A DNA stretch of 64,000 nt from Geopsychrobacteraceae bacterium (GCA_963676795.2 CAXXTB010000002.1:704001-768000); one strand, 5' to 3'. Shown: positions 1 through 10,414, counted from the stretch's first letter. The notes: generated from the letters alone by a model not told the origin. A program made the numbers and translations.

Positions 1-60
1 AGCGATCGTCTCGCAGGAACCCTGGTGGTCAGCGTTAAAGCCGGTGTTCCGCAAGACTAG
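1..60 (+). CDS. 3' end of a probable RDD-family membrane protein (partial)
   Basis: Frame 1 reads SDRLAGTLVVSVKAGVPQD*; DRLAGTxVV is the typical RDD C-terminal motif. Confidence 0.55.
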   Translation, partial: SDRLAGTLVVSVKAGVPQD

Positions 61-86
61 CCGGCAAAAACCTGATAACGGTTCAG

Positions 87-704
87 TTATCCCATTCTCA
101 GGCGAATAAAACTCTGCAGATCCGGGCACTTGAAGAAGTCGTTGTTGCCAAGTTCCCACTGCAGGGTTGAGGTTGGCGTCGGACCGTAGTTATGACCCGG
201 GTAGACCTCCCAAGCGGACGGAAGGGCTTTCAGCCTCTGCAGGCTGGCGTAGAGCTGTTCGACATCGCTGCCAGGCAGGTCCGCGCGTCCGCAGCGGCTG
301 ACAAACAGGGTATCCCCGGTCACCAGTTTGCCGTCACAGTTGAAGACCAGTCCTCCGGGAGTGTGCCCAGGCGTATGCAGGACCTCAATGGCTGAATGCC
401 CCAAGGTGATTTTGTCCCCATCCTGCAGGTGGATTTCTGCTGTCGGAACGTCGAGTGGATGAGCCGCCAGCTGCGCCGCCGTCTGTTCGAGAATGGTTCC
501 ATTTCCTGCGATATGATCCCTGTGTCCGTGCGTGTTCAGCAGGTAGCGCAGTTCAATGCCCAGTTCCCTGGCTTTATCGAGCAGCCTTTGCGGGTAGAAG
601 GACGGATCGATAGCTGCTCCCTGCAGGGTTTCGGGACAGTAGACCAGGTAGGAAAAGTTCTCCATGTCGCTGGCCGGAATCTGCTCGATGCTTAATATCC
701 CCAT
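87..704 (-). CDS. MBL-fold metallo-hydrolase (glyoxalase II-like)
   Basis: THGHRDH, HTPGHT, TGDTLF and PGH motifs; start taken at MGILS (704). Confidence 0.9.
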   Translation of the reverse strand: MGILSIEQIPASDMENFSYLVYCPETLQGAAIDPSFYPQRLLDKARELGIELRYLLNTHGHRDHIAGNGTILEQTAAQLAAHPLDVPTAEIHLQDGDKITLGHSAIEVLHTPGHTPGGLVFNCDGKLVTGDTLFVSRCGRADLPGSDVEQLYASLQRLKALPSAWEVYPGHNYGPTPTSTLQWELGNNDFFKCPDLQSFIRLRMG

Positions 705-913
705 GGGTTTTTCAGCTCCTCGGTAGCAATCAGTCTGATTTCGTTGTCGATGATTTTGAAGCGTTGCCCTGTCGAGCGGACCAGCCACTCGTCACCTTCC
801 TCTGGGGGGAGGGGGAATTCGCGGTTGCCAAGATAGACATCTTCGTTATCGATAATGGCCCACCAGTCGAGAGCGCCGGTCTGCCAGATTTTTGTTTTCA
901 GGGAAAAAGCCAT
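692..913 (-). CDS. small hypothetical protein (73 aa)
   Basis: MAFSLKTKIWQTGALDWW...; purine-rich SD upstream; overlaps the start of the MBL gene. Confidence 0.7.
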   Translation of the reverse strand: MAFSLKTKIWQTGALDWWAIIDNEDVYLGNREFPLPPEEGDEWLVRSTGQRFKIIDNEIRLIATEELKNPWGY

Positions 914-1019
914 AATTATTTCTCTTCTTTTTGGATGAATAGCCGTTGAGTCTGACGATATGCTGTGCCTATAGTAGCAAAGAAGCCAGTCGATCAACAA
1001 CCGCAGGACGGGGTGGAAT

Positions 1020-1859
1020 ATGAAATTTACCAAAATGCACGGGGCCGGCAACGATTATGTCTATATCAATTGCTTCGAAGAGCAGGTCGATCGTCCCCGG
1101 GAATTGGCCGTCGAAGTCAGCCAGCGCAATTTCGGCATCGGTTCCGACGGGTTGATACTGATCATGCCGTCAGCTGTCGCCGACGTGCGCATGCGGATGT
1201 TCAATGCCGATGGCAGTGAGGCGGAGATGTGCGGCAACGGCGTTCGCTGTGTGGCCAAATACGCCCATGATCATGGCCTCGTCGATAAAACGCAGATTCG
1301 GGTTGAAACCGGCAACGGGGTTCTTGATCTGGCCCTTGAAGTCGGCAGCTCCGGCCGGGTCGAGCGGGTCACGGTCAATATGGGAACACCCGGATTGACC
1401 CGTGGCGTTCTACCGATGACCGGAGCGGCCGATGAGCAGGTTGTCAGCTTACCGGTCGAGGTGGACGGGCAGACCTTTGAGATCACCTGTGTCTCGATGG
1501 GGAACCCCCATTGCGTCATCTATGTCGCTGATGTCGACAGTTTTCCGGTCGCCGAAGTCGGACCGAAGTTGGAAAATCATCCGCTGTTTCCCAAGCGAAT
1601 CAATGTCGAGTTCGTCCAGGTTGTCAGCCCCTCTGAAGTTCGCCAGCGGACCTGGGAACGTGGGGCAGGGGAGACTCTGGCCTGCGGGACCGGCGCATCG
1701 GCGGTTACCGTCGCCGGGGTGCTGACCGGGAAGACAGAGCGCAGGATCGTCAATCACCTGCGTGGCGGGGATCTGCAGCTGGAATGGCTGGAGGACGGAC
1801 CGGTGATGATGACAGGACCGGCTGTCGAGGTTTTCAGCGGAGACTATCAGGTGGGCTAA
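1020..1859 (+). CDS. dapF: diaminopimelate epimerase
   Basis: MKFTKMHGAGNDY, EMCGNG, GNPH, ERGAGETLACGTG. Confidence 0.97.
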   Translation: MKFTKMHGAGNDYVYINCFEEQVDRPRELAVEVSQRNFGIGSDGLILIMPSAVADVRMRMFNADGSEAEMCGNGVRCVAKYAHDHGLVDKTQIRVETGNGVLDLALEVGSSGRVERVTVNMGTPGLTRGVLPMTGAADEQVVSLPVEVDGQTFEITCVSMGNPHCVIYVADVDSFPVAEVGPKLENHPLFPKRINVEFVQVVSPSEVRQRTWERGAGETLACGTGASAVTVAGVLTGKTERRIVNHLRGGDLQLEWLEDGPVMMTGPAVEVFSGDYQVG

Positions 1860-1861
1860 CT

Positions 1862-2506
1862 ATGCAGGCTGTTCTTTTTGATCTGGATAACACCCTTTAC
1901 CCCGCCGAGTGTGATCTGTTCTCTCTGATCGATGTGCGCATCAACCGTTACATGGAGGAGATCGTGTCGATCCCGGCCGACGCTGTCGACCTGTTGCGGC
2001 GTGATTACTGGAAGAATTACGGGACAACCCTGATGGGGCTGATGCTGCATCATCAGGTCAACCCGGAGGATTATCTCGATTATGTCCATGATATCGACGT
2101 CAGCAGCCGGGTCAGCCGGGATGGCCACCTGCGTGAGTCGCTGGAGAGCCTGCCGGTTCCCTGTTACGTCTTTACCAACGGCTCACGCTGTCATGCCGAC
2201 CGGGTCGTTGCCGCCCTGGGACTGGAAGGGCTGTTTGCCGATGTCTTCGATATCCGGGTGGCGGACTATCAGCCGAAACCGAACCTCGGGCCCTATCGGC
2301 AGGTTCTGAAGCACATCGGGCTGGGTGGCTCCGAGTGCATCATGGTCGAAGATCAGCCGCAGAACCTCACACCGGCCAAGCAGCTGGGCATGCGGACCAT
2401 CCTGGTCGGCCAGAAGAACCCGGCCGACAGCTCCCATATCGATGCCCGGGTCTCCTGTTCTGCCGAGGTGGCCAGGGTTTATCATGACTGGAAGGACTCG
2501 AAATAG
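1862..2506 (+). CDS. HAD hydrolase, pyrimidine 5'-nucleotidase family
   Basis: FDLDNTLY, FTN, KP and ED motifs; ATG 2 nt after the dapF stop. Confidence 0.88.
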   Translation: MQAVLFDLDNTLYPAECDLFSLIDVRINRYMEEIVSIPADAVDLLRRDYWKNYGTTLMGLMLHHQVNPEDYLDYVHDIDVSSRVSRDGHLRESLESLPVPCYVFTNGSRCHADRVVAALGLEGLFADVFDIRVADYQPKPNLGPYRQVLKHIGLGGSECIMVEDQPQNLTPAKQLGMRTILVGQKNPADSSHIDARVSCSAEVARVYHDWKDSK

Positions 2507-3379
2507 GTGCCGGGTGTGACTGCAGCTGCGCCTCTGATCGGTGCCCATGTCTCGATCTCGGGTGGAATTGAAAAGGCTTTTGCCCGAGGCGAAGAGGTGG
2601 GGTGCTCGGCGATTCAGCTGTTTACCCGTAATGCCAGCCGCTGGGTGGCCCCGCCGTTGAAGGACCAGTCGATCAAGGCTTTTCGTGAGGCCAGAGAACG
2701 CAGTGGCATCCGTTATGTTGTCGCCCACGACAGCTATCTGATCAATCTGGCCAGCCCTGATGAAGAATTACGCCTCAGATCGATCACGACCTTTCTTGAT
2801 GAAATGCTGCGCTGTCAGCAGCTGGGAATCCCCGATCTGGTCATGCATCCGGGGGCGCATGTCGGTAGTGGTGTCGAGGCCGGCTTGCAGCAGGTGATTG
2901 CCAGTTTCAGAACTATTTTGAGCGAAGCGCCTGCCGGTGTCAGGATTCTGATCGAAAATACCGCAGGGCAGGGGAGCTCGCTGGGGGCGCGTTTTGAAGA
3001 GCTTGCCACCTTGCTTGAGGCCTTTGGTGATGCACGTTTTGCCGTCTGTTTCGATACCTGCCATGCTTTTGCCGCGGGCTATGATTTGCGCAGCGCGGAG
3101 AGCTGTCGTGAGGTTCTGGCTGAATTCGACCGCCTGATCGGTCTCGAGCAGCTGGCACTGTTTCATTTCAACGATTCGAAGAAGCCCCTCGGATCAAGGG
3201 TTGATCGACATGATTTTGTCGCCAAGGGGCAGATCGGTCCGGCCGGGTTCAGGGCCATCATGCGTGATTCGCGCTTTGCGCAGGTGGCCAAGATTATTGA
3301 AACGCCGCCCGGTGAAGATCATTGCCATGACCTTGAAACCTTTGACCTGTTACGTGCCATGGCCGCAGGAGAGATATAG
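2507..3379 (+). CDS. nfo: endonuclease IV (AP endonuclease)
   Basis: GAHVSISGG, HDSYLINL, HPG, ENTAGQG, DTCH, HFNDSK, DRH, ETP. Confidence 0.95.
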   Translation: MPGVTAAAPLIGAHVSISGGIEKAFARGEEVGCSAIQLFTRNASRWVAPPLKDQSIKAFREARERSGIRYVVAHDSYLINLASPDEELRLRSITTFLDEMLRCQQLGIPDLVMHPGAHVGSGVEAGLQQVIASFRTILSEAPAGVRILIENTAGQGSSLGARFEELATLLEAFGDARFAVCFDTCHAFAAGYDLRSAESCREVLAEFDRLIGLEQLALFHFNDSKKPLGSRVDRHDFVAKGQIGPAGFRAIMRDSRFAQVAKIIETPPGEDHCHDLETFDLLRAMAAGEI

Positions 3380-3829
3380 ATGAAAGCTGTCGTTCAGCGG
3401 GTCAGTTCGGCCAGCGTCACCGTCGATGATGAGCGGATCGCCGCAATTGCAGGTGGATTGCTTGTCCTGCTCGGGGTCGAGCAGGGGGACGAAAAGAAGG
3501 ATGCGGACTACCTGGCGGACAAGATATCCGGCTTGCGGATCTTTGAGGATGGTGAGGGGAAAATGAACCTGTCGGTCAGGGATTGCACCGGAAAGCTGCT
3601 GGTTGTCTCCCAGTTCACCCTGCTGGCAGACTGTCGCAAAGGCAAGCGTCCCGGCTTTTCCCAGGCGGCGGCTCCGGAGCTGGCCGAACCGCTCTGCGAT
3701 TATTTCTGTCAAGCCGTGCGCAACACGGGGCTTGAGGTCGAAACGGGCCGATTCCGGGCCGATATGCAGGTCGGACTGGTCAACGATGGGCCGGTGACTA
3801 TCATTCTCGACAGCCGCAAGCGTTTTTAA
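3380..3829 (+). CDS. dtd: D-aminoacyl-tRNA deacylase
   Basis: [19 protein letters not shown]. Confidence 0.97.
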   Translation: MKAVVQRVSSASVTVDDERIAAIAGGLLVLLGVEQGDEKKDADYLADKISGLRIFEDGEGKMNLSVRDCTGKLLVVSQFTLLADCRKGKRPGFSQAAAPELAEPLCDYFCQAVRNTGLEVETGRFRADMQVGLVNDGPVTIILDSRKRF

Positions 3830-3890
3830 CGCTTACTCGGCAAGCTATCTTCATTTTCTTAGGCTTCACAAATAATTAAAGACCAAGATC

Positions 3891-4086
3891 ACGGGGTCGC
3901 GGCCCCGTACGCCGCCGTACTTTTTGGCCGGAGCCCCAAAAAGTACGCAAAAATGGCTCTTTAATTTGTCATTTACCGGTTTTCATCTCTTCGTGAGGTT
4001 CTCACCAGCAATTTACAGCGCGCCCCACGATGAGCAAGCTCACCTGATGGGCAGAACCGGAAAAACTTCGCGGTGCGAAGTTTTGA
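3891..4086 (+). repeat. structured intergenic repeat, subtype 1
   Basis: Hairpins CGGGG..CCCCG and GTACTTTTTGG..CCAAAAAGTAC plus a GCCC..GATGAGC..GCTCA..GGGCAGAACCGG block; similar to 43338-43533 and 32347-32552. Confidence 0.8.
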
Positions 4087-4129
4087 TGACAGTTGAAACA
4101 ACCCGGTCGGTTTGTCTGCGGTCAAAAAT

Positions 4130-4159
4130 AAAAAACCCCGTTATGAAAACGGGGTTTTT
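4130..4159. terminator. bidirectional intrinsic terminator between dtd and trxA
   Basis: AAAAACCCCGTT-loop-AACGGGGTTTTT. Confidence 0.8.
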
Positions 4160-4182
4160 ACTACTGACTTTGAATCTGGCTC

Positions 4183-4512
4183 TTAAAGGGCTTTGTTCAG
4201 CAGAGCTTCGATCTGGTTCTTGGGAACGGCACCAACGAGTTGATCAACAACCTTACCATCCTTGAACAGAATCATGGTCGGAATGCCACGAACGCCATAC
4301 TGACCCGGGGTCGACGGGTTCTCATCGACGTTGACCTTGGCAATCTTGACCTTGCCGTCATATTCTTCGGCCAGTTGGTCGAGAACCGGGGCGATTGCTT
4401 TACATGGTGCACACCAGGAGGCCCAGAAATCAACAAGGATCGGGGCATCTGCTTTCAAAACGTCAGCTTCAAACTGAGCATCAGTAATTTCTAAGACTTT
4501 CTCGCTAGCCAT
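4183..4512 (-). CDS. trxA: thioredoxin
   Basis: DFWASWCAPCK active site; GAGGAG SD. Confidence 0.96.
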   Translation of the reverse strand: MASEKVLEITDAQFEADVLKADAPILVDFWASWCAPCKAIAPVLDQLAEEYDGKVKIAKVNVDENPSTPGQYGVRGIPTMILFKDGKVVDQLVGAVPKNQIEALLNKAL

Positions 4513-4625
4513 TGGCAACTCCTCTTATAAAGTTTCTAGCGTAAATATGAAATCAATTGCATATCTTCAAAAATATATAGATAACGGTGGAAAAATCAAG
4601 TCGTAACGGCTTTTTTTTCACCGGC

Positions 4626-4654
4626 TTGACAGTTCGGAAATCGATTCATATCAT
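4626..4654 (+). promoter_or_regulatory. sigma70 promoter for the SIS-ccsA-hem cluster
   Basis: TTGACA-N17-TATCAT. Confidence 0.65.
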
Positions 4655-4715
4655 GCGACAATTATTTGAAGATGCTATTCTTTTTTCAGACCTTATATTT
4701 TAATGGGATCTTAGA

Positions 4716-5291
4716 GTGAATCATATCGAAGCGCGCAGCGAAGAAATAGGCAAACTCATAGCCCGGTTCAGCTCGACACAGAGCGAAAAACTTACGTCCC
4801 TGGCCGACCAGATTGCAACACTGTTCGCCAGGGGTGGCCAACTGCTGGTTGCCGGCGGAGGTCAGATGCAACCTCTGGCGCAGCTGCTGGTGAGTGGTTT
4901 TGCCTTCCGCCTGGAGTTTGAGCGACCCAGTCTGCCTGCGGTTGCTGTCGGTTCGGACGCCATTCTCAACAGCCGCCTGCTTGCAGCCGGGTTCTATGAC
5001 CAGTTTCTGGTCCGTCATTACCGCTGTCTGACCAGCCATGACCACCTCGTCCTGTTGCTCAGTGACGGTTGTGGATCGTCTTCCCTGGAAATGCTGCGCG
5101 ACGAGGTGGCTGAGAATGATCAACCGCTTGCCCTGATTTCAGCGCGTGGTGAAGAGGATACGCTCTGCTGCCCGAATTTCGCCCAGGTTATCGATCTCGG
5201 CACCGCTCAGGTGGCCAGGCAGCAGGAGCTGGCCCTGTTCTGCTCTCATCTGCTCTGTGAACTGGTTGAGAAGAAATTGTTCGGACTCTAG
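4716..5291 (+). CDS. SIS-domain protein, GmhA/DiaA-like, degenerate
   Basis: ERPSLPAVA, D-hydrophobic-S and ARQQE segments align with the GmhA/DiaA pattern; canonical GNGGS is replaced. Confidence 0.7.
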   Translation: MNHIEARSEEIGKLIARFSSTQSEKLTSLADQIATLFARGGQLLVAGGGQMQPLAQLLVSGFAFRLEFERPSLPAVAVGSDAILNSRLLAAGFYDQFLVRHYRCLTSHDHLVLLLSDGCGSSSLEMLRDEVAENDQPLALISARGEEDTLCCPNFAQVIDLGTAQVARQQELALFCSHLLCELVEKKLFGL

Positions 5292-5461
5292 TGTCCCGTG
5301 CGGTCCTTTCAGCATTAACTGGATAGAATTAACCGCACGGGACACTAGCCCTTTGCTTTTTGAGCGCAGCACACTACAATACCTGTGTTAATTTATTGTG
5401 CTGCAAAGAGGGCGTTGCCTTGTTCTGAAGGTCGGCCCTATGGGGGTGAAAAAGGGGATTC

Positions 5462-6319
5462 ATGCAGATCTTACTGCTGTTTATTGCCACCTCAATTCTG
5501 TATCTGCTGGCTGCGGGATGCTATCTTACGGCGACCTTCACCAAGCGTGAAAGGTTTGCCCGTGCCGGGCGCTATCTCCTGTTGGGCGGAATTCTTGTTC
5601 AGACCGTCTATTTCGGTCTGCGTCACGCCACGGTCGGCGGTACGCCGGTGACCAGCCTCCAGGAAGCGCTGGCTTTTTTCGCCTGGTGCGTAGCTCTGCT
5701 GTTTTTCCTTCTCGATCTGCGTTTCCGGCTCTCGGCGATGGGCGTATTTGCCGTACCGCTGGCTTTTCTCATGATGCTGGGCAGCGCGGTCAGCCCGGCT
5801 GTCGAGGTCCAGCTCAACCCGATGCTGCGCAGCTGGCTGTTTCCGGTACATATTTCCTTTGCGTTCCTTGGCAATGCCGCGTTCGCCTTGTCCTGTGGTG
5901 CGGGTATCCTCTACCTGCTGCAGAACCGGATGCTCAAGAGCAAGCGTTTTACCGGACTCTATCAGTTACTGCCGTCTCTCGATGTGCTTGACAAAGTCAA
6001 TTACACCTGCCTGAGCATCGGTTTTCCGTTGATGACCCTGGGAATTATCAGTGGCGCATTCTGGGGACACCTGGCACTGGGGAGTTACTGGCGCTGGGAC
6101 CCCAAGGAGGTCTGGGCGCTGGTGACCTGGCTGCTCTATGCCGGGCTGTTGCACGGGCGTCTGACCGTCGGCTGGCGCGGTCGTAACGCCGCGATTTTTT
6201 CGATCATCGCCTTTCTGTTTCTGCTCTTCAGTTTTCTCGGTGTCAGCCTGTTCATGAACGGTTACCATACCTTTGAGGCTTTTTCCGCTCTAACTCAAGG
6301 GGCTGCTGGCCGTTTATGA
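5462..6319 (+). CDS. ccsA: cytochrome c biogenesis protein CcsA/CcsB (ResC/HemX-like)
   Basis: Multiple TM helices; WWD signature GAFWGHLALGSYWRWDPKEVW; conserved His residues. Confidence 0.88.
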   Translation: MQILLLFIATSILYLLAAGCYLTATFTKRERFARAGRYLLLGGILVQTVYFGLRHATVGGTPVTSLQEALAFFAWCVALLFFLLDLRFRLSAMGVFAVPLAFLMMLGSAVSPAVEVQLNPMLRSWLFPVHISFAFLGNAAFALSCGAGILYLLQNRMLKSKRFTGLYQLLPSLDVLDKVNYTCLSIGFPLMTLGIISGAFWGHLALGSYWRWDPKEVWALVTWLLYAGLLHGRLTVGWRGRNAAIFSIIAFLFLLFSFLGVSLFMNGYHTFEAFSALTQGAAGRL

Positions 6320-7629
6320 ATATCGTTGTTGTCGGACTCAGTCATAAGAGTGCTCCGGTGGAGATCAGGGAGAAGGTTGCCTTTCCTGCTTCCGAGTTAG
6401 CCGCGCCACTGCAACAGATGCTGGCGCTGCCGTCGATTTCGGAGGGGCTGATCCTGTCAACCTGCAACAGGGTTGAGCTCTACGCCGTCTGCACCCGGGT
6501 CGAAGCGGGGATCGTTGAATTGCGCCAGTTTATCGCCGGTTATCATGGCCTTTCAAGCGCAGAACTCAATCCGCACCTCTACGACCTGGCCGGTGACGCT
6601 GCCCTCCGCCATGTTCTGCGGGTTGCCGCCAGTCTTGATTCGATGGTCGTGGGAGAGCCGCAGATCCTCGGCCAGCTCAAGGCGGCCTATGGCTACGCCA
6701 GTGAATTCAAAAGTTCCGGAATCATCCTCAATCGGTTTCTGCATAAAGCCTTTTCGGCGGCCAAGCGGGTTCGCACCGAGACGAAGATCGCCAGTCACGC
6801 CGTGTCCATCTCCTTTGCCGCGGTAGAGCTGGCGCGCAAGATCTTCGATTCTTTCGAGGACAAGACCGTTATGCTCATCGGCGCCGGTGAAATGTGTGAA
6901 CTGGCGGCCCGACATTTTATCAACAACGGTGTCGCCCGGGTACTGGTCACCAACCGGACCTTCAGCCGCGCCGAGAAACTTGCTGACGAGTTTAACGGAC
7001 AGGCGATTCCCTTCGAGTCGTTTGCTGATGAGCTGCAGCGTGTCGATATCGTGCTCTCTTCGACCGGTGCCCCCGGCTACGTGCTGTCGGCCAGGCAGCT
7101 GAAAACCCTCAGCCGAGAGCGCCGCTACCGGCCGATGTTTCTGATCGACATCGCCGTGCCGCGCGACATCGATCCGGCGACCAACAAGCTCGATAATTTT
7201 TATCTCTATGATGTCGATGACCTGCAGGGGGTCGTCCAGGCCAACATCAAGGAGCGTCAGAAGGAAGCGGCCAAGGCGGAAAAGATTGTCGACGAGGAGG
7301 TCGGCCAGTTTCAGGGCTGGCTGGCGACTCTCGGGGTCAAGCCGACCATTGTCGCCCTGCGCGGACAGGTCGAAGAACTGCGCCGCTCTGAGCTGAACAA
7401 GGTCCTCGCCCAGCTGGGGCATCTGGATGACAGGGACAAACAGGCGATCGAGGCCTTTTCCAGCGCGCTGATCAACAAGATTCTTCATCAGCCGACCAGC
7501 GTTCTCAGGCAGGCGAGCCTTGGGCCGGAAGGCAATGGCTATATCGATGCCGTCAGGATGCTGTTCGGCCTGCCGGGCAGCGGCCAGCAGGAGTTTGATG
7601 CGGATGATTACACTGATTTCAACGAATAA
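6316..7629 (+). CDS. hemA: glutamyl-tRNA reductase
   Basis: STCNRVE, SLDSMVVGEPQILGQ, GAGEM, DIAVPRD. Confidence 0.97.
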   Translation: MNIVVVGLSHKSAPVEIREKVAFPASELAAPLQQMLALPSISEGLILSTCNRVELYAVCTRVEAGIVELRQFIAGYHGLSSAELNPHLYDLAGDAALRHVLRVAASLDSMVVGEPQILGQLKAAYGYASEFKSSGIILNRFLHKAFSAAKRVRTETKIASHAVSISFAAVELARKIFDSFEDKTVMLIGAGEMCELAARHFINNGVARVLVTNRTFSRAEKLADEFNGQAIPFESFADELQRVDIVLSSTGAPGYVLSARQLKTLSRERRYRPMFLIDIAVPRDIDPATNKLDNFYLYDVDDLQGVVQANIKERQKEAAKAEKIVDEEVGQFQGWLATLGVKPTIVALRGQVEELRRSELNKVLAQLGHLDDRDKQAIEAFSSALINKILHQPTSVLRQASLGPEGNGYIDAVRMLFGLPGSGQQEFDADDYTDFNE

Positions 7630-7638
7630 GGAGTAAGG

Positions 7639-8595
7639 ATGTCTGAACGGACTTTGAGAATCGGAACGCGCGCCAGTGCCCTGGCGCTGTGGCAGGCAAA
7701 CTGGGTCAAGGATCGTCTTGAAGAGCGCTATCCGGACTTAAGCGTGACCCTGACCAAGATCCAGACTCAAGGGGACAAGATTCTCGATGTGCCACTGGCC
7801 ATGGTTGGTGGCAAGGGGCTGTTTGTCAAGGAGATCCAGGAAGCGATGCTGCGCGGCGAGATCGATATCGCCGTTCATTCGATGAAGGATGTGCCGACCT
7901 TCTTCCCCGAAGGCACCGGTCTGCGCTGTATCACCGAGCGGGAAGATCCGCGCGATATCATCGTTCTTGGCGACGGCTGCAACAGCTTCAGCGAAATCCG
8001 CCAGAATGGCCGGATCGGCACCTCCTCGCTACGGCGCAAGGCGCAATTGCTGAGCCTCCGCCCCGATCTGCAGATGATCGATATCCGTGGCAATGTCCAG
8101 ACCCGGATCGCCAAGCTCAAGGAAGACAATCTCGATGCTGTCGTGCTGGCGGCAGCCGGGATGCACCGCCTCGGTTTTTCCGACCAGATCGGAGAGTATC
8201 TTGATCCTCAGCTCTGCCTGCCGGCGATCGGCCAGGGCGCTTTGGGGCTGGAGAGCCGTATCGACGACGCCGCGACCAACGAGCTGATCGATTTTCTCAA
8301 CCACCCGCCGACTGCAGCCGCGGTCAATGCCGAGCGCGCCGTGCTGAAGACTCTGGAAGGGGGGTGCCAGGTGCCGATTGCCGCATTCGCCACGGTTGAT
8401 GGCGATCTTTTGCAGTTGGCCGCCCTGGTTTCCGATGTCTTGGGGGAGAAGGTGCTGAAGAAGACTGTCAGCTGCCCTGTCGCGCAGGCGGTTGAGGTTG
8501 GGGTGGGGCTGGCCAGGGACTTGATCGCGGCGGGGGCCGGGGAGATTCTCAACCAGGTCTACGGCTGCGAAACCTTTCCGGACGACAAGGAGTAG
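7639..8595 (+). CDS. hemC: hydroxymethylbilane synthase
   Basis: GTRASALALWQ, GGKGLFVKE, VHSMKDVP, GTSSLRR, EGGCQVP. Confidence 0.97.
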   Translation: MSERTLRIGTRASALALWQANWVKDRLEERYPDLSVTLTKIQTQGDKILDVPLAMVGGKGLFVKEIQEAMLRGEIDIAVHSMKDVPTFFPEGTGLRCITEREDPRDIIVLGDGCNSFSEIRQNGRIGTSSLRRKAQLLSLRPDLQMIDIRGNVQTRIAKLKEDNLDAVVLAAAGMHRLGFSDQIGEYLDPQLCLPAIGQGALGLESRIDDAATNELIDFLNHPPTAAAVNAERAVLKTLEGGCQVPIAAFATVDGDLLQLAALVSDVLGEKVLKKTVSCPVAQAVEVGVGLARDLIAAGAGEILNQVYGCETFPDDKE

Positions 8596-8598
8596 TTC

Positions 8599-9381
8599 TT
8601 GGGGGACTTGCCATTCGCAGGAAAGCGCTTTCTGATCACCCGGCCACAGCAGCAGTCTTCGGAGTTTGAGGATCGGCTTGTCGCCCTGGGGGCCGAGACC
8701 GTCTGTATTCCGACGATCGAGATCGTTGCGCCGCAGAGCTGGCGGGAGCTGGATGCGGCCCTGCGCGACCTCGACGAGTTTGATGTGCTGATCCTGACCT
8801 CAAGCAACGGGGTTGAGGCTTTTTTCGAACGGCTCGAGGTTGCACAGCAGTATATCGGCCTGCTCCGGCAGATGTTCGTTGTTGCCGTGGGGCCCAAGAC
8901 GGCGGCTGCTCTGAAGAGCCAGTGTATCACGGCGGACCTGGTTCCCGCTGATCATCAGGCAGAAGGGATCGTTCAGGCGCTGCTCGAGCGCGGGGTCGCC
9001 GGCCGGAAAATACTCTATCCGCGGGCCGAGATCGCCCGCCCGCTGCTGGTCGACAGTTTGCGTCAGGCCGGTGCCGAGGTTGTCGACCCGGTCGCCTACC
9101 GGACCGTTCTGCCTGCCGGGAATGCACAGCGTATCCGTTCCTGCCTGGAACAGGGCGGGCTCGATGCCATCTGTTTTACCTCTTCATCGACCTTTGAGAA
9201 CCTGCTGGCGATGATCGGTGAGGATTTGCACAGTCTGCAGCGGGATATCCGTTTTTTCTCGATCGGTCCGCAGACCTCGGCGACGATCCGCAGGCATGGT
9301 TTTGCTGTCGATCTCGAACCGCAGCAGTGGACGGTTGCCGCACTGGTCGAAGCTATGCTTGACTATTACAGAGCTGGTTGA
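8599..9381 (+). CDS. hemD: uroporphyrinogen-III synthase
   Basis: [30 protein letters not shown]; position in the hem operon. Confidence 0.93.
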   Translation: MGDLPFAGKRFLITRPQQQSSEFEDRLVALGAETVCIPTIEIVAPQSWRELDAALRDLDEFDVLILTSSNGVEAFFERLEVAQQYIGLLRQMFVVAVGPKTAAALKSQCITADLVPADHQAEGIVQALLERGVAGRKILYPRAEIARPLLVDSLRQAGAEVVDPVAYRTVLPAGNAQRIRSCLEQGGLDAICFTSSSTFENLLAMIGEDLHSLQRDIRFFSIGPQTSATIRRHGFAVDLEPQQWTVAALVEAMLDYYRAG

Positions 9382-9409
9382 TTTTTCTTCCGACGAAGGA
9401 GTTTGGACA

Positions 9410-10384
9410 ATGTATTTTCCCAATTATCGCCCGCGCCGACTGCGGCGCAACGAGACCTTAAGACGCATGGTGCGCGAGACTCATCTGCGTGTCGACGATC
9501 TGATCTATCCGCTGTTCAGCGCCTTTGGTGAGGGGATCCGCAAGGAGATCTCTTCGATGCCGGGGATCTACCAGCAGTCGATCGAGCATGTGGTTGAGGA
9601 GGCAAGGGAAGTCTACGAGCTAGGCATTCCGGCGGTCATCCTGTTCGGGATTCCGGAAACCAAGGATGCCGTCGGCAGCGATGCCTACTGCGAAACGGGG
9701 ATCATCCAGAACACCATCCGGGCGATCAAGAAAGGGGTTCCCGAGCTGATCGTCATCACCGATGTCTGCCTCTGCGAGTATACCGATCATGGTCATTGCG
9801 GGGTGATCAAAAACGGTGATATCGACAACGATGCGACCTTGGAACTGTTGGCCAGGGAGGCACTCTCTCATGTTCAGGCCGGGGCCGATATCGTCGCCCC
9901 GTCCGATATGATGGACGGCCGCGTCGCCGCCATCCGCGATATCCTCGATGAACAGGGTTACACCGATATTCCGATCATGAGTTATGCCGTCAAGTTTGCC
10001 AGCGGTTATTATGGACCATTCCGCGAAGCGGCAGACAGTGCTCCGGAGTTCGGTGACCGGCGCAGTCATCAGATGGATCCGGCCAATCGCCTCGAGGCCC
10101 TGCGTGAAGCTAATCTCGATGTCGCCGAGTCGGCCGATTTCCTGATGGTCAAGCCGGCCCTGGCCTATCTCGATATCCTCCGTGATATCAAGGAGCATTT
10201 CGATCTGCCGCTGGTTACCTACAATGTCTCGGGCGAATACAGCATGATCATGGCCGCTGCCGAGAAAGGGTGGATCGAGGGCGAGCGGGTGATGATGGAA
10301 ACCCTGCTTGGCATGAAGCGCGCCGGGGCCGACCTGATCATTACCTATCACGCGAAACAGGTAGCAAAATTGTTGGGAAAGTGA
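9410..10384 (+). CDS. hemB: porphobilinogen synthase
   Basis: [42 protein letters not shown] before 9410. Confidence 0.97.
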   Translation: MYFPNYRPRRLRRNETLRRMVRETHLRVDDLIYPLFSAFGEGIRKEISSMPGIYQQSIEHVVEEAREVYELGIPAVILFGIPETKDAVGSDAYCETGIIQNTIRAIKKGVPELIVITDVCLCEYTDHGHCGVIKNGDIDNDATLELLAREALSHVQAGADIVAPSDMMDGRVAAIRDILDEQGYTDIPIMSYAVKFASGYYGPFREAADSAPEFGDRRSHQMDPANRLEALREANLDVAESADFLMVKPALAYLDILRDIKEHFDLPLVTYNVSGEYSMIMAAAEKGWIEGERVMMETLLGMKRAGADLIITYHAKQVAKLLGK

Positions 10385-10414
10385 TAAACGAGACACTTCC
10401 CCTGATGGCTCAGG

